Shown in pieces: positions 44,930-56,384 of a DNA stretch of 64,000 bases; the stretch's first letter is position 1, and each line of letters begins with the position of its first letter. This DNA is from Mantamonas sphyraenae STR306 (taxonomy: Eukaryota > Protista > CRuMs): positions 124,001-188,000 of the forward strand of contig JAPMXV010000037.1 in assembly GCA_026936335.1 (NCBI GenBank), read 5' to 3'. The notes beneath the pieces were generated by a model. It made no database searches. It had not been told where the DNA came from and saw only the letters and a program-made list of their open reading frames with translations. The translations under genes and the position numbers were made by a program.

Positions 44930-46852
44930 TCACCCTCTGCCTTCGTCGTCGTCATCGCTCCAGGCGTCGCCGTCGTCGCTGTTGTCGCCTGCAGCGTGTG
45001 CAGCAGTGTGTGTGGATGGGACACGCCCACCGCTGTCGTCGTCCATGGCCCCAGTGGTGTTGCCGTGGGTGGGTTCGGGTGTCCAGGCAAGAATGATCTG
45101 GTCTTTGCCGGCCGTGTACACCTCGTCGCGGTCTGGATGGACCACCACACAGTGGATTTGACTAAAGTGGCCACGTAGCACATGTACCAACTCGCCAGCA
45201 AAGAGATCGTACATGTGCAAGTTGCGTCCGTTGGGGTGGAACAGATAGCGGTTGTCCCTGCTGACGGCCATGCGCACGCCGTATGTGCGACTTGCGTTTT
45301 GTTGGATGCCGCGGTAGTTTACGAGTGTGTTTGTGCCCGTGTCGCTGTTCCACAGCCTCACTCGATTGTCTCTTCCCGTAGTCAACAGGTGATGGGCATC
45401 GCGTGTCATGCACATTCCCAACACCGCTCCCGTGTGTGCCACAGCCGCGTGCTCCTCCGTCGCCTTGATCTTTGCCACCTTGAGCTTTTGGCGACTGTCC
45501 AACCCTGCGGGTGACCCACTCGTCGTCTGCTGCACTCGTCTCCTCTTGATCTCCTGCATCTGCGCAGCACTCAGCCCCGCGCCTGGTGACGGTGTGGACG
45601 ATGACGAGGATGACGAGGATGACGACGATCTGTACATGAATCCTGCTTCGTCGGCATCGTCGATGCCCACGAGGATCTCGTCGTCGTTGTCGATGACGAA
45701 ATCATTGTCATCGCCTCCAGCACGACGGTCTCGTTTCCTGGAGCGTGCCTGTCGGCGACGGGCATTGGTGCGGGACAAGACGGGAGATTGCAACTGCTGG
45801 AGCGGGAACTGGTTGCCCAAGCGGTGTTCCAGCGCACGAAAGAGGTCGTTCTGTACAGTCATGGGCAGGGCACGCACACCCGAAGGTTTGGGTGAGGAAG
45901 GCGACTCGGTACTCATGGCAGCCTCGATGTGTTGGGCATCCATGCGTGGTCCGTGGGGCATACGAGACGTGTGCATGTGATTCAGGGTGGCCAGGGCGCC
46001 GTTGGCCTTGCGGATGTCCCACAGCTTGACTCGCTGGTCGCCTGATCCTGTGTACAGCAGATACTCGTTGTCCGGCAGCCACTGACAGCATGTCACGGGT
46101 CCACGGTGGCCTGTAAGCACCTGTGTGAACCCTCCACTGTTGAGGTCGCACAGTCGCACCGACGAGGCCTTGCTTGCCACTGCTACCAGGCTGTGATTCC
46201 TGCCGACGCTGCTCATGCTCGCCTGGTACACACACTCGTCAATGTCAAACTCTGCCACTGGCTGTGAACGCGTGCGAGAACATTCAATGGGGGAAGGATG
46301 GGAGTGTGGGTGGTGAGTGACTGTGTGTGGCCTGGGGGAGCGAGAGGTGCTCGGTGGGTTACCTGCAACTGATTGGTATCCCATGCGCCCACAATGCCGT
46401 CTGCCCCTGCTGTGATAAACAAGCCCGTGTCGTATGGGTACCATTCCACGTGGTTGATGGCAAACCGGTGTCCTGTCCGGTTGCCTGTGAGTGTCTCGAG
46501 AGCAGCGTGGGTCACCTCTGCACCAACGGATCCCTCCTGCTCCACGTCAAAGATGGCAATGCATCGCTCGGTGGACGCAGAAAGGAGACTGTAAGAAGAA
46601 GAAGCAGCAGCAGTGATGAGGCCGTGTGTTAGTGTTTTCCAAAAAGGGGGAGGGCGTGTGCGTTTGGCGCAAAACGCACTACCGGCCTTCCGATCGGTCG
46701 AGATCCATGGCGACGATGTTCCCGTTGTGAACGCGGTCGAAGCTGGTGTGTTCGGACAGCGCCAGGGCATCGGTGTCCATTTCACACTTGCGCCTGCGCA
46801 GCTGGGCGGCCGACATGGTGCCATACTCGCGCGAGCGTAGCATGTGAAGCAT
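44930..46852 (-). CDS. ERCC8: ERCC8/CSA (Rad28) WD40 protein, 2 introns
   Basis: ML..L..RE.G start, EGRYLLS, WYPYDTGLF, VRLCDLNSG..Q.LTGH, LWDIRKA and LLTTGRDNRVRLWN..G.NTLVNY. Confidence 0.92.
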
Positions 46853-46954
46853 GGCGGCGGCAAGACGAGACGAGACGAGACGAGGTTGGCTGGACCAGGG
46901 CGCATCATTCATGAACTACATCCACCCATCCACCGCCCATTGTGCTCTGTGTTG

Positions 46955-47479
46955 TTACACATCCAGGTGATCCTTGACGGCCTGGGCCATGCGCTTGGGC
47001 AGGACGGTGCCCGGAGTGACACGCTCTTTCAACGCTGCCATGAGGGGACCCATCTGCTTGTTGCTTCGCTCGTTGGAGCCGGATTCGCCAAACAGGTCGT
47101 CAAAGGTGTCGGACACGAGCTGCTTGAGGTCGGCATCCTCCATTTGCTCGGGCAGGAGCGAGGAAAGCAGGGTGAGCTCGCGCTTTTCGTCCTCCACAGC
47201 ATCGTCACGGCCGGCATCCACCAAGGCGGCAATGCTGTCTTCGCGTTGTTTGACCATGCCTTGTACCAGCTTCTGGATGCCGCTGTCGTCCAGCTTGTCC
47301 GAGGCATCGAGATCTGCATTTTGCAGCTCGGCCCGCACAAGCTTGAACGTGTTTGTGGCCACCTTGTCCCGTGCCTTCATCGCCTCCTTCAGCTTGTCGG
47401 TAATTGTGGCACGCAAGTCTGCTGCCAGCAGAGGAGACATTGAGGAAGAGGATTGGATGCGCAGGGTGCGGCAGAACAT
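46955..47479 (-). CDS. GatB/YqeY domain protein (AIM41-like, probably mitochondrial)
   Basis: LKEAMKARDK, VKQREDS....AGR.D....E..E...L...LP.Q and MG.LM..LK. The N-terminus resembles a presequence. Confidence 0.88.
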   Translation of the reverse strand: MFCRTLRIQSSSSMSPLLAADLRATITDKLKEAMKARDKVATNTFKLVRAELQNADLDASDKLDDSGIQKLVQGMVKQREDSIAALVDAGRDDAVEDEKRELTLLSSLLPEQMEDADLKQLVSDTFDDLFGESGSNERSNKQMGPLMAALKERVTPGTVLPKRMAQAVKDHLDV

Positions 47480-47598
47480 CGTCGCTCTCTCCTTTGAAAC
47501 TGGGTTGTCTGCAGGTGCGCATCATCCCAAACTGTGACAACACACCCGCATACAGAGGGAGAGAGACAGAGAGATAGAGAGAGATTCGTCGGTTGGGA

Positions 47599-47814
47599 AT
47601 GTCGACAACGGTCTCGTCAACGGTGGGGGTCGTCAAGCAGGAGCAAGCTGAGGAGTGCGCCCGTCTGCAGCGGGCTTTGCACAAGTGTATCATAGACCAC
47701 GGCATCCGCAAGTGCCTCAAACTGTTGGACACATACAACACGTGTATGACCACCGTGTTTGATAGTCTGGGTGAGACGCATGTGGCTGTGGAAGGGGACA
47801 AAGGCCAGCAGTAG
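47599..47814 (+). CDS. twin CX9C (CHCH) microprotein, putative mitochondrial intermembrane-space protein
   Basis: 71 aa with C-ARLQRALHK-C ... C-LKLLDTYNT-C, an exact twin CX9C spacing. Confidence 0.7.
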   Translation: MSTTVSSTVGVVKQEQAEECARLQRALHKCIIDHGIRKCLKLLDTYNTCMTTVFDSLGETHVAVEGDKGQQ

Positions 47815-48283
47815 GGCGATTTTTGCACCTCCATCCAGTCCCCCCAACGACATGGCAGCAGCACAATACATGCAAAACTCGCATAGGGCGTGTCTTTACG
47901 AACATGGGATGCCCATGAGCAGGGTTGCCGTGCCGTGTGCGTCTGTGTCTTGATGTGAGCGGCTGGCGGCCGATGCGCCGTGGCAGCCAGTGGAAAACAC
48001 AAAGGTGCGTCGTACCCGTCTGGTAGCCGCAGAGGCATCCAGCGACGCGAAAGGACAACGTCGGGCGGCGTTGCAAAGGAAGCCTCGAACCGTGATACAC
48101 ACATGTCTGGCTGTGGGACTGCTGTTTAGCGCCATGGCTGGCCTGTGTGCAGCGTGTGGCGCAGGTTTCCTTTGCGCCGCGGCCCGATTGTTTGCTTTTT
48201 GCATTTCTCCCGGAAACATTGCGCTTCTCCTCCTGCTCACACAGCACCCTGGCTCATTGTTGTCTCTGTGCACCCCTTCAGAA

Positions 48284-49296
48284 ATGCCCGGAAAGTTCGA
48301 TCCGACTGCTGTTGCGTACCGTAAGTGACCTCTTTGGGCGTACAAGCGCCGTGCTGAGCGCCCGTGCGATTTTCAGCCTTGGCCCTGCCGTGAAAGCACC
48401 GCGCAACTTGCCACACGGAAGCACACACGCGACACATGGCTGCCACAAGCGACTGGCCCTGCCTTGTGTAGGTGTCCCCCTTCGCTGTGTGTGTGCAGTG
48501 TGTGTGTCTGCGTGCCTGTGTGGCGGGAAACGCGTGGCGGGAGAGGGCTTGCATGCAGAAATTGGCGCATGGCCTTTCTGCCCCCTTTGTGCTCTCGCTG
48601 GCCTCTGCCACACACGTTGTGTGCTCCACATGTTGCTGTGGCATGCCTTGCGCCCTGTGCTTGGCCTTTGAGTGCATTTAGCACGCAGGTCCAGCCAGGG
48701 CCGAGCGCAGAAGCGGTGCTTTTTCCGAGCAGCCTCGTTTTTGTCCCGAGTCAGGATCCAATTGTTGGCCCGCGCTCACATCCGTGCCATTCCTGTCATC
48801 CACAGTGTACCTGCGTGTGACTGGTGGCGAGGTTGGTGCCGCATCTACGCTGGCCCCCAAGGTGGGTCCTCTGGGTCTGTCGCCCAAGAAGCTGGGTGAG
48901 GACATCGCGAAGGGCACCGGCGACTGGAAGGGACAGCGCGTGACCGTCAAGGTGCGCGTGCAGAACCGCCAGTGGACCGTGTCGGTTGTGCCCTCGGCCG
49001 CCGCTCTGCTCATCAAGGAGCTGAAGGAGCCCGTGCGTGACCGCAAGAAGGAGAAGGACATCAAGCACGACGGCAACCTGGAGTTTGACCAGGTCGTCAA
49101 GGTGGCCAAGGTCATGGCCCCGCGCTCGCTGTCCCGCCACTTCAAGGGCACTGTGCTGCAGATGCTCGGCACCTGCACGTCGCTCGGCTGCACCGTCGAC
49201 GGCAAGGACCCGCGCAAGATCCAGCAGGCCGTGAAGGACGGCAAGTACGAGATCGAGGACTACGTTGCCCCGCCCCAGGAGGAGGAGGAGGATTAA
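48284..49296 (+). CDS. RPL12: 60S ribosomal protein L12 (uL11), intron 48321-48805
   Basis: [12 protein letters not shown]|[63 protein letters not shown]. Strongly C/G-ending codons. Confidence 0.97.
48381..48549 (+). other. long imperfect RNA hairpin in the RPL12 intron
   Basis: Nested complementary segments found by eye (see findings). Confidence 0.55.
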
Positions 49297-49687
49297 ATTT
49301 TGTTGTTTGGGTCCATTCACCTGTTTAGCTGCCTGGTTGTTGATGGAGGTCAGGGTTGGCACTGCAAGGCTGCACTTCGCATCCAAATCCTCCACGTTCA
49401 GCGCCAACCCCACAACTCGCATCTTTGGAGCGGCGATGACACTCTGTGTTGGTCTCACTCACAAACAATAGCGAGAGGACACTGCAGGTCTACTCTCCAC
49501 CTTTGCATTCCATTGATTTGCACTTTCCGGGATGAAAACGTGTTTGTTGTCGCGAGCCGCGTTTGTCATTTGCGGCAAAAACGGCGCTGCGCCCAAGCGT
49601 GCTGCAGTCCAACACAACCACCCCAACCCCCCCCCCAACCCACCCAAACCACCCCTCCTACCCACCTCTCCTCTCGAGTGATCAGCC

Positions 49688-50809
49688 ATGTCTTCTGTTG
49701 AATGTATTGTCATCGACACAGGATCCAGTTCCTGCAAAGCCGGATTTGCAGGCGACGACGCTCCCCGCACGGTGTTCCCCTCCGTTGTTGGCCGCCCCAA
49801 TGCAAAGGCTGAAGGAATGGGCCAGAAAGACCGCTATGTGGGCGACGAAGCACAGGCTAGGCGTGACTACCTGGCTCTGTCCTACCCCGTGCAAGCTGGT
49901 GTCGTCACAAACTGGGACGACTTGGAGACGCTCTGGGACCACGCGTACAAGAACGAGCTGTGTGTGGCTCCCGAGGAGAACCTTGCCCTGCTGGCTGATG
50001 CCCCACTCACCTCCCAGGAGGACCGCGAAAAGATGACGCAGCTCATGTTTGAAACTTTCAACACCCCGGCCATGACGCTCATCAACACCGCCGTCCTCTC
50101 GCTTTACTCCTCGGGTCGCTTCACAGGCACCGTTGTGTCTTCCGGTGATGGCGTGTCTCACGTCGTGCCCGTCAACGAAGGCGTCGCTGTCCAGGATGCC
50201 ATCCAGACATTTGAGCCCTCCGGCAATGCCCTCACCGACCATCTGATGTCCATGCTCACCCAACGTGGCTACTCATTTTCCACTGCTGCCGAGCGTGAGA
50301 TCGTCCGCGACGTCAAGGAGAAGATCACCTATGTTGCCGAGGATTACAAGCAGGAAGTCGCCTCCGTGGGCGACTCCCAGTACACAATGCCCAGCGAGAA
50401 GAACTACGAGCTTCCGGATGGCCAAGTGCTCAACTTTGGCAACGAAAGCTACCGCTGCGCCGAACCCCTGTTCCAACCATCCCAGCTCAACCTGCAGGGC
50501 CCCTCCATCCAGGAAGCAACCAACAACAGCATTCTCAAGTGCGATGCAGAGTTGCATTCCGAGCTCTACAAAAACATTGTGCTCTCTGGGGGAAACACCC
50601 TCTTCATGGGCCTCCCCGAGCGCCTCACCATCGAACTCTCTGCCCTCACATCCGAGCAGATCAGCATCATCGCTCCGCCAGACCGCAAGTACTCCCCCTG
50701 GCTTGGCGGCTCCTTTTTTGCCTCCCAGGACAACTTCATCGACTTGTGCATCACCAGGGACGAGTACGACGAAGCTGGCGCAAGCATCGTCCGCAGCAAG
50801 TGCACCTGA
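49688..50809 (+). CDS. divergent actin / actin-related protein (intronless)
   Basis: IDTGSSSCKAGFAGDDAPRTVFPSVVGRP, EKMTQLMFETFNTPA, AEREIVRDVKEK, YELPDGQ, IAPPDRKYSPWLGGS and EYDEAGASIVRSKC. Confidence 0.93.
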   Translation: MSSVECIVIDTGSSSCKAGFAGDDAPRTVFPSVVGRPNAKAEGMGQKDRYVGDEAQARRDYLALSYPVQAGVVTNWDDLETLWDHAYKNELCVAPEENLALLADAPLTSQEDREKMTQLMFETFNTPAMTLINTAVLSLYSSGRFTGTVVSSGDGVSHVVPVNEGVAVQDAIQTFEPSGNALTDHLMSMLTQRGYSFSTAAEREIVRDVKEKITYVAEDYKQEVASVGDSQYTMPSEKNYELPDGQVLNFGNESYRCAEPLFQPSQLNLQGPSIQEATNNSILKCDAELHSELYKNIVLSGGNTLFMGLPERLTIELSALTSEQISIIAPPDRKYSPWLGGSFFASQDNFIDLCITRDEYDEAGASIVRSKCT

Positions 50810-50938
50810 GCATGAGATGGTGCATTGCACCCAAACACAAGCCCATGGTCAGAGTGTGGGCCACCAATTCCATCGATGGCCAACCACTCCCATGTGCATC
50901 ACCTGCACCAATGCAGACAATCCTTTTCCCCCAAACCC

Positions 50939-53606
50939 ATGTCTTTCTCGCCCCGTCTGGGCCTCTCCACCTTCGATCCCTCCCCTGAGTACGAAGCCCT
51001 GCTGCTTCAACCCCAGCCCAATGACAAAGAGCAGTCGCTGTCGTCGTCCACGGCCGATGACAATGGCCAGATCATGCCACCCAAGCGAGCCGGGTCTTCC
51101 TACCGTCCTGGAATGCCCCCCGTCGCTCACCATCCACCCACTTGTCCCCTCACCGCTTCAACACCGCCCAACGCCTGTCCATGAGTGCGTCCCGACCCAG
51201 CTCCTTTGCCATCAAGTCCCCCAAGCTCGACCGTTCCTCCGCCAAACTGGACCATTTGGACGACGACGTCTTTGACCGCGAGTGGCTCACCAGCCTCCAT
51301 TTGGGCGACAACAACTTCACCTCCCTCTCCGACAAGGTTGCTTCCTTTGCCCTCCTCAACACAGTCGATCTCTCGTACAACAAGCTCTGCGCCGTACCCC
51401 GTGTTTTTGAGCAAACCCTCTTGCTCAGCACCCTTAATCTCGAGGGCAACCGTCTCGCCTCTGCCTCCTCTGCCTCCTCGGCTTCCCCCTCCTCCTCGTC
51501 AACCACTGCCTCTCCAGACAGTGCCTCCCTCTCTGCCCTCACCTCCCTCACTTCTCTCAACCTGGCCTTCAACGGCCTCGACAACGACCATCCACTTGTC
51601 TCCCAGCTTCCCGACTGTCCCTCCCTCACCTACCTCTCCCTTGGCAGGAACAAGCTCTCCAAGCCCCTTCCACACACCCTCTTTGCATCGTGCACCGCCC
51701 TGAACCATCTCGATGTGTCTCACAACGTGCTGCCTGCGCTTGTCGACTCGGACTCTGCCCTTGAGGCCTTGTATGGTACCCTCACTCACCTCGACTTGTC
51801 CTACAATGCTCTCGACTCGCTTCCTGCCGACATGGAGCGGTGCAGTGCCCTTGTCGAGCTCCATGTGGCTCACAACAACCTGTCCACCGTGCCTTCTCTC
51901 GCCCTCTGTGCTGATTCCATGCGAGTGTTGGACGTGTCACACAACAACCTCGAGCAGCTCGACTCCTGCTTGGGCACTCCTGCCTGGCTCCAGCTGCGTG
52001 TCCTTCGTGCTGCATTCAACCGTCTCGATGCCGCACCCAGTGCTCTCGATTCCATGTGCAGCATTCGCACCCTCGATCTCAGCGGCAACTCTATTTCCTC
52101 AATGCCCGACCATGCGTTGGCCCAGCTCGTCGATCTCGAAGAGCTCAACCTGGCCGGCAACACCCTGGCTGCCTTGCCCAGCCTTTCCACCCTCACTCGC
52201 CTCGCCTCCCTCAACGCAAGCTTCAACAGTCTCGACACCCTTCCGGACGACCTCTTTGCTCTCCCTTCCCTCGCCACCTTGCTGCTTGCTCACAATCAAT
52301 TGCGCAGTCTGCCTGCAGAGACCGACCCGTGCGTCTCGCTTCTCCTGACGACGACGAGTACACCGACCATGACGAACCTCTGCTCCTCTCTGAGATCCAC
52401 CTCGGTGCCAACCGACTTTTGCAGCTCCCTCAGTGGCTTCTGGACGCCTCCCCGGGTCTACAGAGTCTGTATCTCAACGACAATCCGCTCGACGCACGCC
52501 AGACGCCGTCCTTTGCCCGTTGCTTTTCTCTCGAGGTGCTTGACGTCAGTCACACCGCATGGAACGCCATCTCAGACAACATCCTACTGGCACCCGTCCT
52601 GGTGCATCTGTACGCGGCACAGAACGAGCTCGATTCAATCCCGGGGCGGCTGCGGCACACGACACCCTCCACCACCTGGAGCTGGGCTTCAACCGCATCA
52701 GTGACGCCAAAGAGCTCACACAGCACACGTGGAAACCTGCGCACGATGATACGCCTGTGAAGCTTGCATTTGCCGCCCAGCTGCATGGGAACCCTGTGTG
52801 TGCCCTCAATTTGCCACAGCACACCTCGGTGGGCTTTGCAGATATGCTTGGCCGCCGTAGCAAGATGGAAGACGCGATTTGCTTGCACGCCTCCGACCGA
52901 GGCCTCTTGTTTGCCGTGTTTGACGGCCACACGGGGCCCATTGCGTCCAGCTGTGCAGCCGACGCCTTTGCTGCCTTGTTTGCCAAAGAGGCAGAGGAAA
53001 GTGACAGCGCGCAGCCTGACTATGAACAGTGTCTTGTGGGTGCACTGAACCAGTGTGACAAGCTCCTGGAACCCTTTCTGGCAGAGTTGGACAGCGTAAA
53101 CAAGCACGCTGGCACCACAGCCGTCGCATGCATGCTCACAGACACCAGTGTGCACGTAAGCAATATTGGCGACACGCGCGTGGTGTTGTCTCGGGACGGA
53201 ACCGCCCTGCGTTTGTCCCACGACCACAAACCCGACGACGCAGCCGAGATCGAACGCATCCAAGCCGCCGGCGGTTCCGTCATGCACAAGAAGGGCAGTG
53301 CACGCGTCAATGGCACCGCAGGCGTCAGTCGAGCCTTGGGCGACTTTCACATGCGTCCCTTTGTCAGCAACGAAGCCTATAGCGCATCGTTTGACAGGGA
53401 TCCAGCGGACCAATTCATCATCTGCGCCTGCGACGGGCTGTGGGACGTTGTCAGCGACCAGCAAGCTGTGGATCTGGCCACCAAGGCCCTACAGGAGCTG
53501 GAGCCCGGGGATGCGGTGTATGCAGCACGTCTGTTGCGTGACTTTGCGTTTGTGAACGGCAGTGACGACAACATCACCGTGATGGTGGTGACACTGACGG
53601 AATGAA
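50939..53606 (+). CDS. leucine-rich repeat + PP2C phosphatase (PHLPP-like architecture); apparent frameshifts at ~51120, ~52327 and ~52643
   Basis: About 18 LxxLxLxxNxL repeats, then PP2C motifs GRRSKMEDA, VFDGHTG, GTTA, NIGDTR, DHKP, VSRALGD, ACDGLWD and GSDDNIT. Confidence 0.88.
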
Positions 53607-53670
53607 CTACTCGACTTCATACTTCATGAATCCTTCTCTTTGTTGCTTCGTTGTCGACACTGCTCCATCC

Positions 53671-56186
53671 TCACGACTCGTTCCTGCTCTGCTGGTACTC
53701 GCGGATGAGCTGCTCCTGCACATCGCGGCTGACAGGGCTGTGCTGCAGGTACTCCATGCTGAACTCGCCCTTGCCCTCGGTGGCGGAGCGAAGGTCGGTG
53801 GAATAGCCAAACATGCCCTGGAGGGGCACGTGTGCAGTGATGCGCACATAGTCGCCTTGCTGTTCCGTGTTTTCAATCATGCCCTTGCGACGGTTAAGGT
53901 CACCAATCACCGTGCCCTGGAACTCTGCCGGTGCCTCAACCTCCACATTCATCACAGGCTCGCGAATGACCGGATCGGCCTTTTCAAACGCCTGCCGGAA
54001 CGCAGCCTGCGAGGCCAGCTTGAAGGCCAACTCGGAAGAGTCGACGGCGTGGTGCTGGCCATCGGTGAGCACCACCTTGACACCCACCACGGGCGAGCCC
54101 GTGAGCGCTCCCTTGGCCACCACCTCCTGGAATCCCTTTTCGCAACCGGGCAGGTACTGGGGCGGGATGCTGTTGCCCACAATGTGGTTGGCAAACTCAA
54201 ACGGTTCCTCCGCATCCTCGCCCAGCGGCTCGATGTAGCCTTCCACCTTTGCAAACTGACCCGCGCCACCACTTTGCTTCTTGTGTGTGTGGCTAAACTC
54301 GGCCTTGCGGTTGATTGTCTCGCGGTACGCCACCTTGGGTGCTCCCGTTTCCACCTCGCAATTGTACTCGCGCTTCATGCGCTCGCAGTAGATTTGCAGG
54401 TGCAACTCACCCATGCCAGAGATGATGGTCTCGCCGCTTTCCTTGTCCATGTGCACGCGGAACGTGGGGTCTTCCTTCTGGAAGCGGTTCAGCGCCTTGC
54501 TGAACTGGATGCTGCTGTCACGCGACACAGGCTTCACTGCGAGCGAGATCACAGGAGCGGGCACGTGCATGCTGGTCATGCTCAGACGCTGGCCCTCGGA
54601 ACAGAACGTATCCCCCGACGCGCAATCAACGCCAAACATGGCGCAAATCTCGCCTGCCGGCGCCTCGTTCACGTCCTCCATCTCGTCGGCGTGCATGCGG
54701 ATCAGACGCGGCACCTTGATCTTTTTGCCCGTGCTCATGTTGTACACGGTGTCTCCACGCTTCAGGGTGCCCTGGTACACACGCATGTATGTGAGCTGAC
54801 CAAAGCGGCCCTCCTCCAACTTGAAGGCCAGGCCCACCAGCGGCTTCTTGGGGTTGCTCTCCAGCACCACTTGCTCTTCGTTGTTGTCCAGGTCCAACGC
54901 GTGGTTCTCCACCTCCAGCGGGCTGGGCAGGTACGCGTTGATGGCATCCAGCAGCGGTTGCACGCCAACGTTCTTGAACGCCGAGCCCATGAGCACAGGC
55001 GAGAACTCCTGTGCAATGACGGCACGGCGGATGGCAGTGTGGAATTCCTCCTCGGTGGGCTCTTCATCGGCCAGGAAGCGGTCTGCCACAGTGGCATCCA
55101 CCTCGGCCACTGTGCCAATCAGCTCCGTGCGCATCTCCTCAGCCACCTCCAGCATGTCGTCGGGAATGGGCGCCTCGCGCACCTTTTCGCCAAAATCGCC
55201 CTCAAAGTAGAGGGCCTTTTGACGCACGAGATCAACCACGCCACGGAGCTCCGATTCGAGGCCAATGGGCAATTGCACGGCGGCTGCGTTGAGATGCAGC
55301 TTGTTGCGCACCTGGGCAATCACCTCGTGCGGGTTGGCTCCCTGTCGGTCCAGCTTGTTGATAAAGGTGAGGCGCGGGACGTTGTACCTGCGCATCTGCC
55401 GGTCGACGGTGATACTCTGCGACTGCACACCCGACACGCCACACAGCACCATCACAGCACCATCCAACACACGCAGACTGCGTTCCACCTCAATGGTAAA
55501 GTCCACGTGGCCCGGCGTGTCGATGATGTTGTGTTCGTGGCCCTTCCACGCACAATGCGTCGCTGCACTCTGAATCGTAATGCCCTTTTCCCTCTCCAAA
55601 TCCATCGAATCCATCGTCGCTCCCACCCCGTCCTTTCCGCGCACCTCGTGGATGGCGTTGATCCGTCCGCTGTAGTACAGCAAACGCTCCGTCAGCGTCG
55701 TCTTGCCTGTGTGAGTGTATCCACGATGCGAGAGAGTGTGCAAAAAGTGCGCGTGTGAGCGTGTGTGTGCACGTAAAGTGATCAAAGCGTGCTTTCCCCG
55801 CTGCTGGGCGCGTGCGCGGACGATCACTGCAATCCGTTGCCAAAAACGCCGTGTCCGGCCGCTTCTGGCCACCACATTGCACCTACCGCTGTCGATGTGT
55901 GCCGAAATACCATAGTTGCGCAGCTTGGTGTAGTCGGTCTGCGCGCGGAGGGATTGTGTGGGGCGTGTCAGCGATTCGGAGCAGGTTGCCGGGATTTCAC
56001 CGCCGAGAAACATGCGCTGCTCGTTTTGGCCGCACCGGCCGGCCGCCTGCATGGCTTCCACTGTGTTTACGGGCGGCAACGTACATCTTCAGTGCCCTTG
56101 GCACTACTGGCATAACCCTGAAGTTGGGTCGCCAAGCCCACATGCTGGGTGCGAGCCGTCGTCGTGCGGATCGTCCTGCTGAACAT
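53671..56186 (-). CDS. GFM1: mitochondrial elongation factor G1, 2 introns
   Basis: Presequence-like [26 protein letters not shown]|[43 protein letters not shown] and [21 protein letters not shown]. Confidence 0.95.
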
Positions 56187-56384
56187 CTGCCTGCAGCGGT
56201 TTTCTGGATGCCTCGGCCAGCGCAGGTGCGACGGGTGCGATATCGTTTTGGCCACAACCACAGCGAGAGTGGATGCAAACACGTCTCTCTCTCTCTCTCT
56301 CTTTTGTGTGTGTGAATGAGTGAGTGTGTTGGTGTGTGGAAAGGATACCCCCGCGCGGAACCCCACCCAACCCAAACACTGAGC

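Noticed and set aside
48075-48100. GGTTCGA (tRNA T-loop-like) on the minus strand
   Set aside because: No cloverleaf or acceptor stem could be built around it.
55707-55886. Stop-free 3n introns (EF-G 180 nt, VPS37 93 nt, DUF4185-like gene 138 nt) that look like protein insertions or inteins
   Set aside because: They have canonical GT..AG ends, and removing the EF-G one restores the P-loop. Stop-free short introns are common at high GC.
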